DNA of 64,000 bases from the NCBI RefSeq assembly GCF_006345805.1, contig NC_042998.1, forward strand, positions 125,364,001-125,428,000, read 5' to 3'. Shown here piece after piece: positions 13,201-24,176 of the stretch. The notes under the pieces were generated by a model that had not been told where the DNA came from, did no database searches, and was given only the letters and a program-made list of their open reading frames with translations. This DNA comes from Octopus sinensis. Its lineage: Eukaryota. Numbering within the stretch: position 1 is the first letter of the stretch; every line of letters begins with the position of its first letter. The position numbers were made by a program, and so were the translations under genes.

Positions 13201-15407
13201 GGCCTACCCACATAGAACAGTTGGGGAGGGAGTATAGGTAGTAAGGAGGGGATAGAGGAAATGTATCTTAAGAGTGTGAGGGGAGATATTTAGAGATAGC
13301 AAGTGATTGTGAGAGAAAGCTGGATGAGCCTGTAGTGAGGTGTTGGAGGTTTGGGGGAGATGGCTGTGAGTGAGGTTTGCCAGAGGACAGAATTGTAAGA
13401 GGAGGGGGTGTAGTAATAGTAGTAGCAGTATGGGCAGAAGAATCTGCAAGTAAAATTTGGCAATTAAATCAAAATTAAGGATGGATCAAACCAAAAAGAG
13501 TAAGAAGTAGGATGGAGAAAATATAAATGAAAACAAAATATAAATATGTATAAGGATAAAAATAAAAAAATATAAAAGGTAAATCAGGAGACAAGGAAAG
13601 ACAATGATGTAGAAACACTAACAAATATGAATCACTTAGTGATTGGTGTTAGTAAGGGCATCCAGCTGTAAAAATCCTGCCAAAAGTCACAGAAGTCTGG
13701 TGCAGGCTTCCGCATAGCCTGCTCTTGTGAAACCATCCCATCCATACTAGCATGGAGGGCAGATGTTAAACAATGATGATGATCATCATCATCATTTAAC
13801 CTGTTTTCCATGCTGGCATAGACTGGACAGTTTGACGGGGTCCAGTAAGCCAAAGGGCTGCATCTATCTCCAATGTCAGCTTTGACATGGTTTCTATGAC
13901 TGAGTGCTCTTCCCAGTGCCAACCACCTTACAGTGATTGTGAGTTTATCATGTGGGTGAATGTGTATAACAAATCACATTGTATTTATTTAGTAGTTTAA
14001 GATCAATGTTATTTCTTCTTCTGGTTTTTACAGGTGTTGATCTACAACAACTGTGGTTGGAATGGTAATGTTCAAAGGTTAAAAATAGCTGCAAGTGTAA
14101 ATAACTATTTACACTTTTTTTTCTTTTTTGGTTGAAGAAAGAGTATAGAATTTAAGTATGGTTTTGTCTGAAAATAAACAATGCATTTTAGGTACAATAA
14201 AGAAATACAATCTTATGTACTGAGGAATAACAAACTATAATAAAATATGATATAAATTAATGAAACATATATGTGACTGTGTTATTATGTCTGCCTCCCA
14301 ACCATGTAATTTCAGGTTCAGTACCACAGCAGAGCACCTTGGACAAGAAATTTCCACTATAGCCTTAGGACTGGATTCAGTAGGGAGAAATGGAAAGAAG
14401 CCTGGTGTGTGTGCTTGTGTGTGTACTTTGTCTTGACATCACACAATAGTTGTAAATAAGCAAAAGTCATACAAGCAACATTGTTCATATCCAGTCTTCC
14501 ATGAAAAACATATCTAGCCATGGGGAATTATTATCTTGCTTGAAAATAGGTGAGGATTGGCAACAGAGAGGGCATCCAGCTATAATCTACCTCAACAAAT
14601 TTCATCTGACCCCTGCAAGCATGAAAAAAGTAGATATTAAACGATGATGACATATATGTGTACGAGTGTGTATGTATATCTTTCCCTAACCCTCTGTTTA
14701 GAAGTGGCCTCTACACTTTGCTTGACAGTGTCAAAGTAGATTTTGCTCATTAAACATTCAAGATTTCTATCTTGTTCACCTTCAGAGCAATTTTCATTCA
14801 CCCATTTTCAGTTCTGGTAAAGTCTATCTCTTTCCAAATCTGGTCACAGTCAATGTCTTCCAAGAAGATAAAGAAACAGAGGAACTGAACCCCATACAGA
14901 ATTGGTAGTTTATCAACCCCAAAATTATAAAAGGCAAATGACTGATTGTTTAGTTTAAAATGTATCACAAAATTAAAGGTCATAAAGAGTACATGCACTC
15001 ACTCTCATTCTCACAAGTACAAACATACACTTTACCTTCTTTTCTTCATCTGATAAAGTTTCCTCCATATTCTTCAACAGTTCCTCATCAACTTGAATAT
15101 CACCTTCATCAGCAGAATGGTATTCATCATCTGTACTTGGTGCTGTTGCACCCTCTGTTGCTTTGTGAATCTGTTCATCGGTGTCCTCAAAGTTTCCACC
15201 ACTGTCATCTTCGCTCTCCGAGTTGTATGTCTCCTTTACATGGTCCAACTTTTCCTCCTCATTCCTGCCATCTAATTTACTGCAGCAATTTTTGCAGTTC
15301 GAATCATATTCATCATTGTTGCAATGATGACAGCTCACTGCATCTTGGTCAGCTAGAGACAAAGAAGAAAGTTTGTTTTCGGCATGTGTTAAGCAATCTT
15401 CTGCCAT
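4110..15407 (-). CDS. TTC1: Tetratricopeptide repeat protein 1 (TTC1), 5 coding exons, complement(join(4110..4240,5605..5659,9095..9280,10128..10301,15036..15407)), 305 aa
   Basis: Exons sum to 918 nt with consistent phases and GT-AG ends. Acidic N-terminus, three TPR motifs ([24 protein letters not shown]; YSNRAAAF; [20 protein letters not shown]) and the TTC1-type tail [36 protein letters not shown]. Confidence 0.95.
4529..4753 (+). repeat. Direct duplicate of 353-571
   Basis: Identical except (ATC)7 versus (ATC)5; flanked by CCATATTACA direct repeats. Confidence 0.93.
5605..5659 (-). CDS. TTC1: TTC1 coding exon 4 ([18 protein letters not shown])
   Basis: 55 nt, TAG acceptor, GTATGT donor. 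Resembles vertebrate TTC1 RLPKQIEERNERLKEEML (recalled). Confidence 0.93.
6738..6960 (+). mobile_element. tRNA-derived SINE (same family; further copies at ~27385-27605, 39770-39910, 40570-40765, 55790-55905)
   Basis: A/B-box-like head GGCGAGCTAGCAGAATCG...GAGCTCAAATTCC and TTTCATCCTTTTGGGGT...AAGTACCAG block. Confidence 0.82.
7556..7747. mobile_element. hAT-like MITE, same family as 45857-46448
   Basis: TIRs CAGTGGTTCTCAAC / GTTGAGAACCAATG and shared internal ATGGACCCC motifs; no TSD visible. Confidence 0.7.
9095..9280 (-). CDS. TTC1: TTC1 coding exon 3 ([20 protein letters not shown]...HGARAACL)
   Basis: TTTTCCAG acceptor, GTAAGT donor, 186 nt, TPR motif. Confidence 0.95.
10128..10301 (-). 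CDS. TTC1: TTC1 coding exon 2 ([14 protein letters not shown]...NRAAAFMRM)
   Basis: TGCAG acceptor, GTAAG donor, 174 nt, phase 0-0, TPR motifs. Confidence 0.95.
15036..15407 (-). CDS. TTC1: TTC1 coding exon 1 ([10 protein letters not shown]...ETLSDEEKK)
   Basis: ATG at 15407, 124 codons, donor GTAAAG. An upstream acceptor TTTTCTTTTGTTTCAG at 15525-15526 implies a further upstream 5' UTR exon. Confidence 0.9.
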
Positions 15408-16394
15408 TTTTGAACTGCTAGTCACACACTTTGTCCTGATTATTCAGATATATGTATGTCTATGTACATATATTTATATGAAAATATATTTTACAATATC
15501 CCTAATTGTAACTCCAAAACCATTCTGAAACAAAAGAAAAAAGGCAGATAAAATACATAAAGATTTCATAACAGACTAATGTAATTAACTGACCTGAGAG
15601 TAAATAAACATGAAATGAGTCACATTATCTCATACTATATACCATATAGGAGTTCATCTAGCAAATGTTGTAAAGAAAATATATGAAAGTGAAGGAACTA
15701 TAAAAGGACCAACAATCCTCAAAAAGTATAGGTTGCTGTGAGAATCGCAGGTCAGCTTTGATCCAACAACATTCTAATAGTGACCATCACAACCTTTTTT
15801 TTTTATTCCTAGAATATTTGAGGTGACGGAAGTTATGTGATCTGAATATTCAAATATTGTTTCTAGCAGGTCATGCAATCACATAGACACACGCTTATAA
15901 GCTCAAAGAACTGGTTATAATGCTTGGCAGAGGATTTTAGGAAAGAGAATAATAAAAAGAAATGGCTAGAATCAGAAGGTTCTAAAAGAAATTTTTTTAT
16001 GCATTGGCTTCGGGTTTGCATTACAGAAAGCATGATCATTATACAAGTCAGCTTGGATACAATACATTTAGAAGACTGCTTAGATAGGATAGAAACTGCT
16101 GAGCCTTCAGCCAGTAATCCAATACCCTAACACAATATTCAGTGTAATGTAACACAAACACCTTCTGAAACCCCAAACACTTCATAAAGAATTTCCTGCA
16201 TTACGGCACTCCAGGCATATATATATATATACGTGTATGTATGACTTGATATACATGTGTGTGCATATATATATATACACACATATAAATATGGATAGGC
16301 ATATATATATCTATACACATATACTTACACATAACATCTATATCCATATCTACATACATATATATACATCTACATATATATATATATATATACA

Positions 16395-18002
16395 CAGCAA
16401 TTAAGAGTATGAAGACAGGGAAAGCCCCAGGCCCATCAAGAATCACTGCAGAGATGCTCAAAATATCTGGCAGTGTCGGTTATAGCCTAGTCATCCGTAT
16501 AGTTAACCAGGTGATACACTGGTGTAGCAGCACTATAGTCAACTGCTACAAAGGAAAAGGTGACGCTTTAGATAGAAATAATTACAGAGGTATCAAGTTG
16601 TTAGATCAGGTAATGAAGGTCACGGAGAGGGTCATAACCCAACTAATAAGGAAGAGAGTCAGTTTAGATGAGATGCAGTTTGAGTTTGTGCAAGGGAAAA
16701 GTACCACTAATGCTATATTTCTGGTTAGACAGCAGCAGGAGAAATACCTGGCTTTTGTTGACATAGAGAAAGCCTTTGACAGGGTCCCTCGATCCCTTAT
16801 CTGGTGGTCAATGAGGCAACTAGGGATAGATAAATGGTTAGTGAGAGCTGTGCAAACCATGTACAGGGATGCTGCTAGTAAGGTGAGGGTTGGCAACAAG
16901 TACAATGAAGAATTCCGGGTGAAGGTAGGGGTCCACCAAGGTTCAGTCCTTAGCCCCCTCCTGTTTATCATAGTCCTCCAGGCAATAACAGAGGAATTCA
17001 AGACAGGATGCCTCTGGGAGCTCCTCTATGCTGACAACCTTGCTCTAATTACTGAGTCACTATCAGAACTAGAGAAGTTTCAAATGTGGAAACAAGGATT
17101 AGGATCGAGGGGCCTTAGAGTCAACCTGGCTAAAACCAAAGTCTAATAAGTAGGAAGGCAGGCAAACCACAAATCCCTTCAGGTAGATGGCCCTGCTCGA
17201 TCTGTAGAAAAGGCATGGGTAGAAACTCTATAAGATGTACCCAGTGTAAGCTATGGACACATAAGAGGTGCAGCAATATCAAAGGAAGGCCAACTGGGAA
17301 GATAGTTAACTAACACTGAAAATGTGCAGAGAACAACTTCTGCCACATTCCAGGGAGAAAAACTAGAAGCAGTTGATAGCTTCCGTTACCTAGGTGACCA
17401 AGTCAGTGGCAGGGGAGGGTGCGCTGAAAGTGTAGCTGCTAGAATATGAATAGCCTGGGCAAAGTTCAGAGAGCTCTTACCTATGTTGGCGACAAAGGGC
17501 CTCTCGCTCAGAGAAAAAGGTAGACTGTATGACGCATGTGTATGAACAGCCATGCTACATGACTGCTGAGAACATGCGTAAGCTTGCGAGGAATGAAGCC
17601 AGTATGATCCGATGGATGTGTAATATCAGTGTGGCATACTCAACATAGCGTAAGTACCATGAGAGAAAAGTTAGACCTAAGAAGCATCAGATGTAGTGTG
17701 CAAGAGAGACGACTGCGCTAGTAGTCATGTGGCAAGAATAGATGAGGATAGCTGTGTGGAAAAGTGCCACACCCTAGCGGTTGAGGGAACCTGTGGAATA
17801 AGTAGACCCAGGAAGACCTGGGATGAAGTGGTGAAGCACGACCTTCGAACATTAGGTCTCACTTAGGCAATGACCAGTGACCGAGACTTTTGGAAATATG
17901 CTGTGCTTGAGAAGACCCAGCAAGCCAAGTGAGACCATAACCTTGTGGCCTATACCAAGGGTGTAACCAGCCCACTTATGCGTACCTTCCCTTCATTGGA
18001 CA
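16395..18002 (+). mobile_element. RTE-clade LINE fragment (RT to start of 3' UTR), degenerate
   Basis: ORF 16409-17146 is nearly collinear with the 35660-37120 RT. It starts directly after a (TA)n tract. Confidence 0.92.
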
Positions 18003-18570
18003 CTGATGACGAGGTTTCGAATAGCACCGAAAAGGAAGAGTTACTGAAAGCAATTGTCAAACAACAAAAGCAACAACTACAGAAGTTAACAGAATTGTTA
18101 CTGCAGTCGAGAAATACGACAATCATTTTCAGTGGACGGTGTTGCAAATTTCATTGAAGAATTTCACTACAAACGGGACAAAGGAACTACTTTTACTACA
18201 GTGATTGTATCATTAAAACAAGAAATGGAACTGAAGAACATTTTGTGCAATGTAGTACATGATTTACAGGTAATGCTGGAACAAATTAAATTGGAATCAG
18301 GAAAAGATAGGTTCATAAAAATGTTGAGTAGCATGAAAAATATTAATGAGTGGGATACAGGTTCAAAGCACTATTCAGTATGTGATGAGGTATTATTATA
18401 TGCACAAAGAGTGGTAATACCTGAAGCACTGCAGTACAGAGTATTAAGACTTCCATGTAGGACATCTGGGGATTGTCCGGATGAAGAGCCTCATGAGGAG
18501 CTATGTTTATTGGCCGAATATGGACAAGCAAATTGAGAGACTGGTAAAACAGTGTAGGGGATGCGCTATC
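18003..18570 (+). mobile_element. Internally deleted Ty3/Gypsy-like remnant (PBS-like start, gag N-terminus, integrase Zn-finger region)
   Basis: ACTGATGACGAGG resembles a TGGCGACGAGG primer-binding site. Translates to EELLKAIVKQQKQQ...VANFIEEFHY, then RVVIPEALQYRVL and, after a frameshift, (H)VGHLGIVRMKSLMRSYVYWPNMDKQIERLVKQCRGC (HHCC). Confidence 0.8.
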
Positions 18571-18604
18571 TGATGCAACAGTGGTTTTATTTGGCTTGAA
18601 GGGT

Positions 18605-20190
18605 TGATAGACTTTACTTGACATTATGGTACAACATAATGCCAAAGGTTTCAGCCATTGCCTCCGTGAGGCCCAACACACGAAAGGTGTTTACATGCCA
18701 CTGGTATGGGTATCAGTTATGTGACACCAGCATCAGCCATGACCACGATCTCACTCGGATTGACGGGTTTTCTCAAGCACTAGTCATTGCCTGTGAGGCC
18801 CAAAGTTCGAAGATCCTGTTTCACCACCTCGTCCTATATCTTCCTGGGTCTACCTTTTCCATAGGTTCCATCCAAGCTTCAAGACTAGCTCTTCTTTACA
18901 CAGCTGTCCTCGTCCATATGCATCACATGACCATACCAGTGCACTCATCTCTCTTGTACACCACATCTGATGCCTCTTAAGCTCAATTCTTCTCTCAAGA
19001 TGCTTACATTCTATCAAACATGCACACTGACATTACACAGCCAGTGAAGCACACTGACTTCATTTCTTTGAAGTCTGCACATGTCCTCAGCTGTCAAGGC
19101 CTATGTTTCACTGCCATGTACCATAGCTGTTTGCACACAGGCATCATACAATCTGCATTTCTTTCTCAAGGAGAGGCACTTTGTTACCAGCAGAGGTAGG
19201 AGCTCTCTGAACTTTGCACAGTCAAATCTTATTCTCGCAGCTATGCTCTCAGTGCATCCACCACCTCTACTAACTTGGTCACCTAGATAACGGAAGCTGT
19301 CTACTACCTCTAGCTTACCCCACTGGCAGTTGATTATTTTCTATACATTTTCGGTGTTTATTGTACCTGTACATCTTTCACACACAAAAGCTATTTCCCT
19401 GTTAACCTTCCTCTCATATTGCTGTACCTATTATGTATCCATAGCTTACAGCACGTACATCTTATGGAGTTCCTACCTACATCTTTTCTACAGATTGAGC
19501 AGGGCCATCTACCCAAAGGGATTTGTGATTTGTCTGCCTTCTTATTTACTAAGACTTTGGTTTTTGCTAGGTTAACTCTAAGGCCCTTCGATCCTAGACC
19601 TTGCTACCACACCTGAAACTTCTCCAGTTCTGATAGTGATTCAACTATAAAATCATCAGCATAGAGGAGCTCCCAGGTAGCATCCCTGTACATGGCTTGT
19701 ATAATTCTCAACAACCACTAATCTATTCCTAGTTTCCACATTGACCACCAGATAAGGGATCAGGGGGTCCTGTCAAGTCAACAAAGCCAAGGACAGAGGT
19801 TTATATTTGGTTAAGTATTTCACCTACAGTTCCCTTACCAGGAATACAGCATCAGTGGTGCTTCTCCCTGGCACAAAACCAAACTGCATCTCATCTAGAC
19901 AAACTCTCTCCGCAACTTTCAACACCTAATACAATTTGATACCTCTATAATTATTTCTATCTAAGGCATCACCTTTACCTTTGGGGCAGTTGACTATGGT
20001 GCCGCTACACCAGTCATTGGGTATGACTCCTTCGTGAACCACCTGATTTACAATATGAGTGACTAGACCATAACCACACTGCCAGATATGTTAAGCATCT
20101 CAGCAGTGATCCCTGATGGGCCAGGGGTTTTTCCCTGTTTTCATATCCTTAATTGCTTCATCTACCAAGGTATTGTCAATTCGGATAGTA
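18605..20190 (-). mobile_element. Older RTE-clade LINE fragment with internal deletions
   Basis: Reverse-complement similarity to the RT, C-terminal and 3' UTR parts of the 33938-37720 copy; many stops. Confidence 0.88.
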
Positions 20191-21699
20191 TTCACTTGAG
20201 GAAATATTGAAGCAGCTTGCTCCACAGAAAATAATGGATTTTTTTGAAAACAAACGGCATTATTGCCACAAGTAAAACGTGTGTTTGCACACACGCTATG
20301 AATGAACACTTTAATTTCACTTTGTCACAGTATTTCTTTGCTATTTTTACTTTTCGTTTTTCAAAAGAGTTTGGTGTTATTTCTGCACTCATATTTTTTG
20401 TAACTTTCAAAAAAAAAAAAAATGAAATTAACACTTTAATTTCACTTTGTCATATCATTGCAGGAAATTACTCTGAACGAAATATTTGCAGTAAGGCGAG
20501 TAGGTTGATTACATATCAGTTCGCAGTTTTGTGAGATTTAGCTGTTATTTCTAGCAAGTGAATAGCCTGCTTGAAGGCCAAGGCCGTAGAATAATGAGGG
20601 GAGGGGGGTTATTTTTATTTTTTTTCAAATTGAGATTTTACAAACGATTTCTTTTCGGAATCATGATCTCCGTATTTTTCTATGTATCTGACAAAAAGAA
20701 AGAAAAAAAATCCCGGAGAAAATGAAGAAATCGGGGGGCGGGGATAAAACTTTGAAGTTGTGATTCTTGAAATGTTTTTTTCCAAATCGGAATCTTCGTG
20801 GCCTAAAACGTGGGATTCCGTAAAAAAAATAAAATAAGGGGGGGAGGGTCCGTTTACACCTATATATTCGCCGCTAACAAAAATAAACTGAATGTGAAAG
20901 TGATTCTACGAAGTTACTCCATGGCGACTGTAAAATGATATCGTTTGTGGAAGTTGTGATAATCGAGAAAGGGTCAATATACAGTTTGCTGACCAGAGAA
21001 AGCAAAACATTGTTACAAATACATATTCAATGTTAGGGTATATTTCGTTTCACGTCAAATTATTTTATAATTCATTTTCACTTTAAATATTTGTGTATAT
21101 TAACATCCTTGCTGTCCCGAGTTATTCTTCTCATGTAGCATTATTTTGACACACCTTATTTAAAATAGGATAATATAACTCTTATTTGGAATTTGCTACA
21201 TGAAATAGCATGAAATTTTGATGGATGGTTGAAATTTAGCTCACAAGAAGTTAATATCAATAGAGTGAGGAGCTGTCTCAAGTGGGCTGGTATCAAAAGG
21301 GTTTTTCAGTGTCTCAGAATTTACTTTCTCGTTATTATACTTGCATTTTATTCTTTTAATATTACTTAAGAAACTTCTAGACTCCATTATACTGAAGAAT
21401 AAATACCTTTCATTTGTACAAGCGCTTCAATCCAACAGTATTTTTTAAAGTGTGCAAATTGTAAGTTATTTAATCTTCAATTAATATAGTCTATATATTA
21501 TAAGGTAGGGAGTCCTGTTTTTCAGTCGTAATCCTCTCGAAATTCTGTTATGGAAATATGTGGATACAGGCGAAAATTAAAAGTGAAAATATTCATAAAA
21601 TAATTTAGTTTACCGACATAAAACGAAACACAGTTGAATATTGTTTGATAGTAATAACGATAAGTTATATCAAAAGAAATATAATTTACACAAATATTA

Positions 21700-21945
21700 A
21701 CACACGACTCACATTGTACAAATTCAGAGACAGACTCCTTTCTGCAGTCACGACATTACTTCTACTGTAGTGCCACCTATCAGCATAATAAATTAATACT
21801 TAGGGGAAGTAACTGTCACGACATTTGACAAGAGCTCGTATAAGAAAAGATAACTCCCATATATCAACTACTTGGGAATAGCTCGTCGTTGACGCTTTAA
21901 TAACTATCGGAGAAATATTGCTGCTAATAGAATACTTTATCGATG
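21700..21945. promoter_or_regulatory. Probable bidirectional promoter / first-exon region of TTC1 and REP
   Basis: Locally CpG-enriched. Minus-strand donor GTGAGT at 21707-21712 and plus-strand donor at 21945 face away from each other. GTCACGACATT occurs twice (21747, 21815). CTCF-like TAGTGCCACCTA at 21768. Confidence 0.5.
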
Positions 21946-22039
21946 TAAGTAACTGAATGATTTTAAATTAGAAGTTATATTATTGGTACTTAAGTTTATT
22001 TCTTTCATCTTACGTTTTCTTCTTTTTATTGTTCTTTAG
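21945..22039 (+). other. Probable 95-nt intron in the 5' UTR of the REP gene
   Basis: GTAAGT at 21945, long polypyrimidine tract, TTCTTTAG ending at 22039, 19 nt upstream of the ATG. Confidence 0.7.
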
Positions 22040-22058
22040 ATTTTTCATCATCGATAGG

Positions 22059-24176
22059 ATGGACGACGTTCTTCCTTCGAGTTTTGATGCTATAGTGATT
22101 GGAACTGGTCTATCAGAAAGTATCGTTGCTTCGGCTTTATCACGAATTGGCAAAACAGTCTTACACATAGACAGGAACGCTTATTATGGCAGCCGATGGG
22201 CATCATTCAGCTTGCGTAACCTCCAAACATGGATATCAACACTGAAAGAAAAGGAACAGTTAAAACTGCAAAACACGTCTTGTGACATGCCTGATTCTTC
22301 CGTTGATATCAACCCTCATCTTCAAGAAGGAGAATCGTTTATACTCCTCTCGCCCCATGATGAAGGCTTTTCTAATATCCAAATGTCCTATCATCACATA
22401 TCTACAAACACCACCGACGAACGTGATGCCTCAAATAATACTACAAGTAATGTAATCAAAACTGAACAGGATCAATCACCCTGTGATATTCATGAAGAAC
22501 GATCGGAAGCGAATGATGGTATAAATAAAGTGGATGAAGACACTGGAGAGGTAGAGGAAACCGAAAATAAGAAAGAGACGTCTGAAAATAAGAAAGAGAC
22601 GTCTGAAAATAAGAAAGAGACGTCTGAAAATAAGGAAGAGACGTCTGAAAATAAGCAACTTGATTCTAATTCCGTCATGGAAGCTACTACAGACAGTGCA
22701 GAAGAACTTAAGGAAATTGAAGTATATATCACATCAGAAAAGACGTCAGAAAATGTGACCAATAACAAGGTTACTGAAAAATGGACTGTTAAAAAGTTTG
22801 AGGACCAATGGAGACGTTTTAATTTTGATACAGCTCCCAAAGTATTATTTTGTAATGGTGACATGGTTCATCTCTTGATTCAGTCTGATATTTCTCGTTA
22901 TTGTGAATTCAAACTTGTGTCACGTATTCTAACTATTTTTCAGAATGAATTAAAAAAAGTTCCCTGTTCTCGGGCTCATATTTTCAACTCCAGAGAAGTA
23001 TCAATGCTTGAGAAACGAATAATGATGAAATTTGTAAAAGCCTGCTTAGAAAATAGTCCTGATGAAGCCATGAAAGAATTTTATGATCGTCCTTTTTCAG
23101 CATATTTAGAAGAAAAGTTTTCTCCAATTGCAAGACATTATATTTACCATGGAATTGCAATGGCACAAAAATCTACCACAACTAAAGAAGGGATTGCTTT
23201 AGCTCAGAAGTTTTTTTCATCAGTTGGGCAGTATGGAGACATTCCTTTTATAACATCTATTTATGGGGTTGGAGAACTTCCACAGGCTTTTAGTCGTATG
23301 TGTGCTGTATGGGGTGGAATTTATTGTTTAAATTTATCAGTTAAAGCAATAGTTATTCATGAAGGAAAAGCAAAAGCTGTTATCACTTCTGATGGTAAAC
23401 GAATTGAATGTGAATGGCTTATAGTAGAACCGAGTTACATTCCAGATGATATTATTGAGTCCATGGAGACCCAAATAGTGAATAGAGCCATATTAGTTAC
23501 TGACCAAACTTTACTACAATCACCTAAAGAAGAACTGTCACTGCTGAATATTTACCCACCAGAGGATACTTCAAGACCTGTAGTGATGCTTGAATATCCA
23601 CCATCTGCTATGGTTTGTCCTACAGGTTTATGTCTTATCCACTTCACTAGACAAGGCGAAGCTGATCCCAAAACTGAACTTGATTATGCTTGTAAATATT
23701 TGTTCAATTTTGAACCTATTGATGAAGATAAGAAAGATACAGAGAGTGCTGAAGGTGACACCCAACAAAGCAATGACGCTCGACCGAATGTCTTATGGTC
23801 ACTTTTTTTCCAGGTAAAGAGCAAACGCAATGTCAAACTTCAACAGTCCCTACCCAATAATATTTTAGTGACCTCACAACCAGGATCTGAAATAGACTTG
23901 GATTTCTATCCAGGAGAAGCTAAACACATATTTGAAACAATGTATCCTGGTGAAGAATTTCATCCAAAATGTCCCCATCCAGAAGACATTATTTATTGTT
24001 CTGAAGAAGACAAAAGCACTGCTAGTGAGAATGATACTTATAAAAATGAAAGTGATAGTAATACAACAATCTCAGAGTCTCTTTACCCCAATACAACAAG
24101 CAGTTCTACAATTGTTTCTGATTCAGATACTCTTACTACAATTGACAGTTTATCTGACATGAAACTGGATGATTGA
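22059..24176 (+). CDS. CHM: Rab escort protein (Rab GGTase component A, REP1/CHM family), single coding exon, 705 aa
   Basis: GDI/REP N-terminus FDAIVIGTGLSESIVASALSRIGKTVLHIDRNAYYGSRWASF, then a long acidic insert typical of REP rather than GDI. Also RYCEFK, VPCSRAHIFNS, YGVGELPQAFSRMCAVWGGIYCL and C-terminal PEDII. Start taken at ATG 22059; the track's 22029 start is a TTG inside a polypyrimidine tract. Confidence 0.95.
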   Translation: MDDVLPSSFDAIVIGTGLSESIVASALSRIGKTVLHIDRNAYYGSRWASFSLRNLQTWISTLKEKEQLKLQNTSCDMPDSSVDINPHLQEGESFILLSPHDEGFSNIQMSYHHISTNTTDERDASNNTTSNVIKTEQDQSPCDIHEERSEANDGINKVDEDTGEVEETENKKETSENKKETSENKKETSENKEETSENKQLDSNSVMEATTDSAEELKEIEVYITSEKTSENVTNNKVTEKWTVKKFEDQWRRFNFDTAPKVLFCNGDMVHLLIQSDISRYCEFKLVSRILTIFQNELKKVPCSRAHIFNSREVSMLEKRIMMKFVKACLENSPDEAMKEFYDRPFSAYLEEKFSPIARHYIYHGIAMAQKSTTTKEGIALAQKFFSSVGQYGDIPFITSIYGVGELPQAFSRMCAVWGGIYCLNLSVKAIVIHEGKAKAVITSDGKRIECEWLIVEPSYIPDDIIESMETQIVNRAILVTDQTLLQSPKEELSLLNIYPPEDTSRPVVMLEYPPSAMVCPTGLCLIHFTRQGEADPKTELDYACKYLFNFEPIDEDKKDTESAEGDTQQSNDARPNVLWSLFFQVKSKRNVKLQQSLPNNILVTSQPGSEIDLDFYPGEAKHIFETMYPGEEFHPKCPHPEDIIYCSEEDKSTASENDTYKNESDSNTTISESLYPNTTSSSTIVSDSDTLTTIDSLSDMKLDD
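22563..22655 (+). repeat. Coding minisatellite, 21-bp unit x4.4 (ENKKETS) in the REP insert
   Basis: GAAAATAAGAAAGAGACGTCT x3, one variant copy with a single change, then a partial copy. Confidence 0.95.

Noticed and set aside
18002-18035. CTGATGA...GAAA hammerhead-like core
   Set aside because: No proper stem I or III and a poor stem II; better explained as a mutated Gypsy primer-binding site.
22029-22058. N-terminal extension MFFRFFIIDR of REP
   Set aside because: It starts at a TTG inside the polypyrimidine tract of a probable 5' UTR intron; family similarity begins at ATG 22059.
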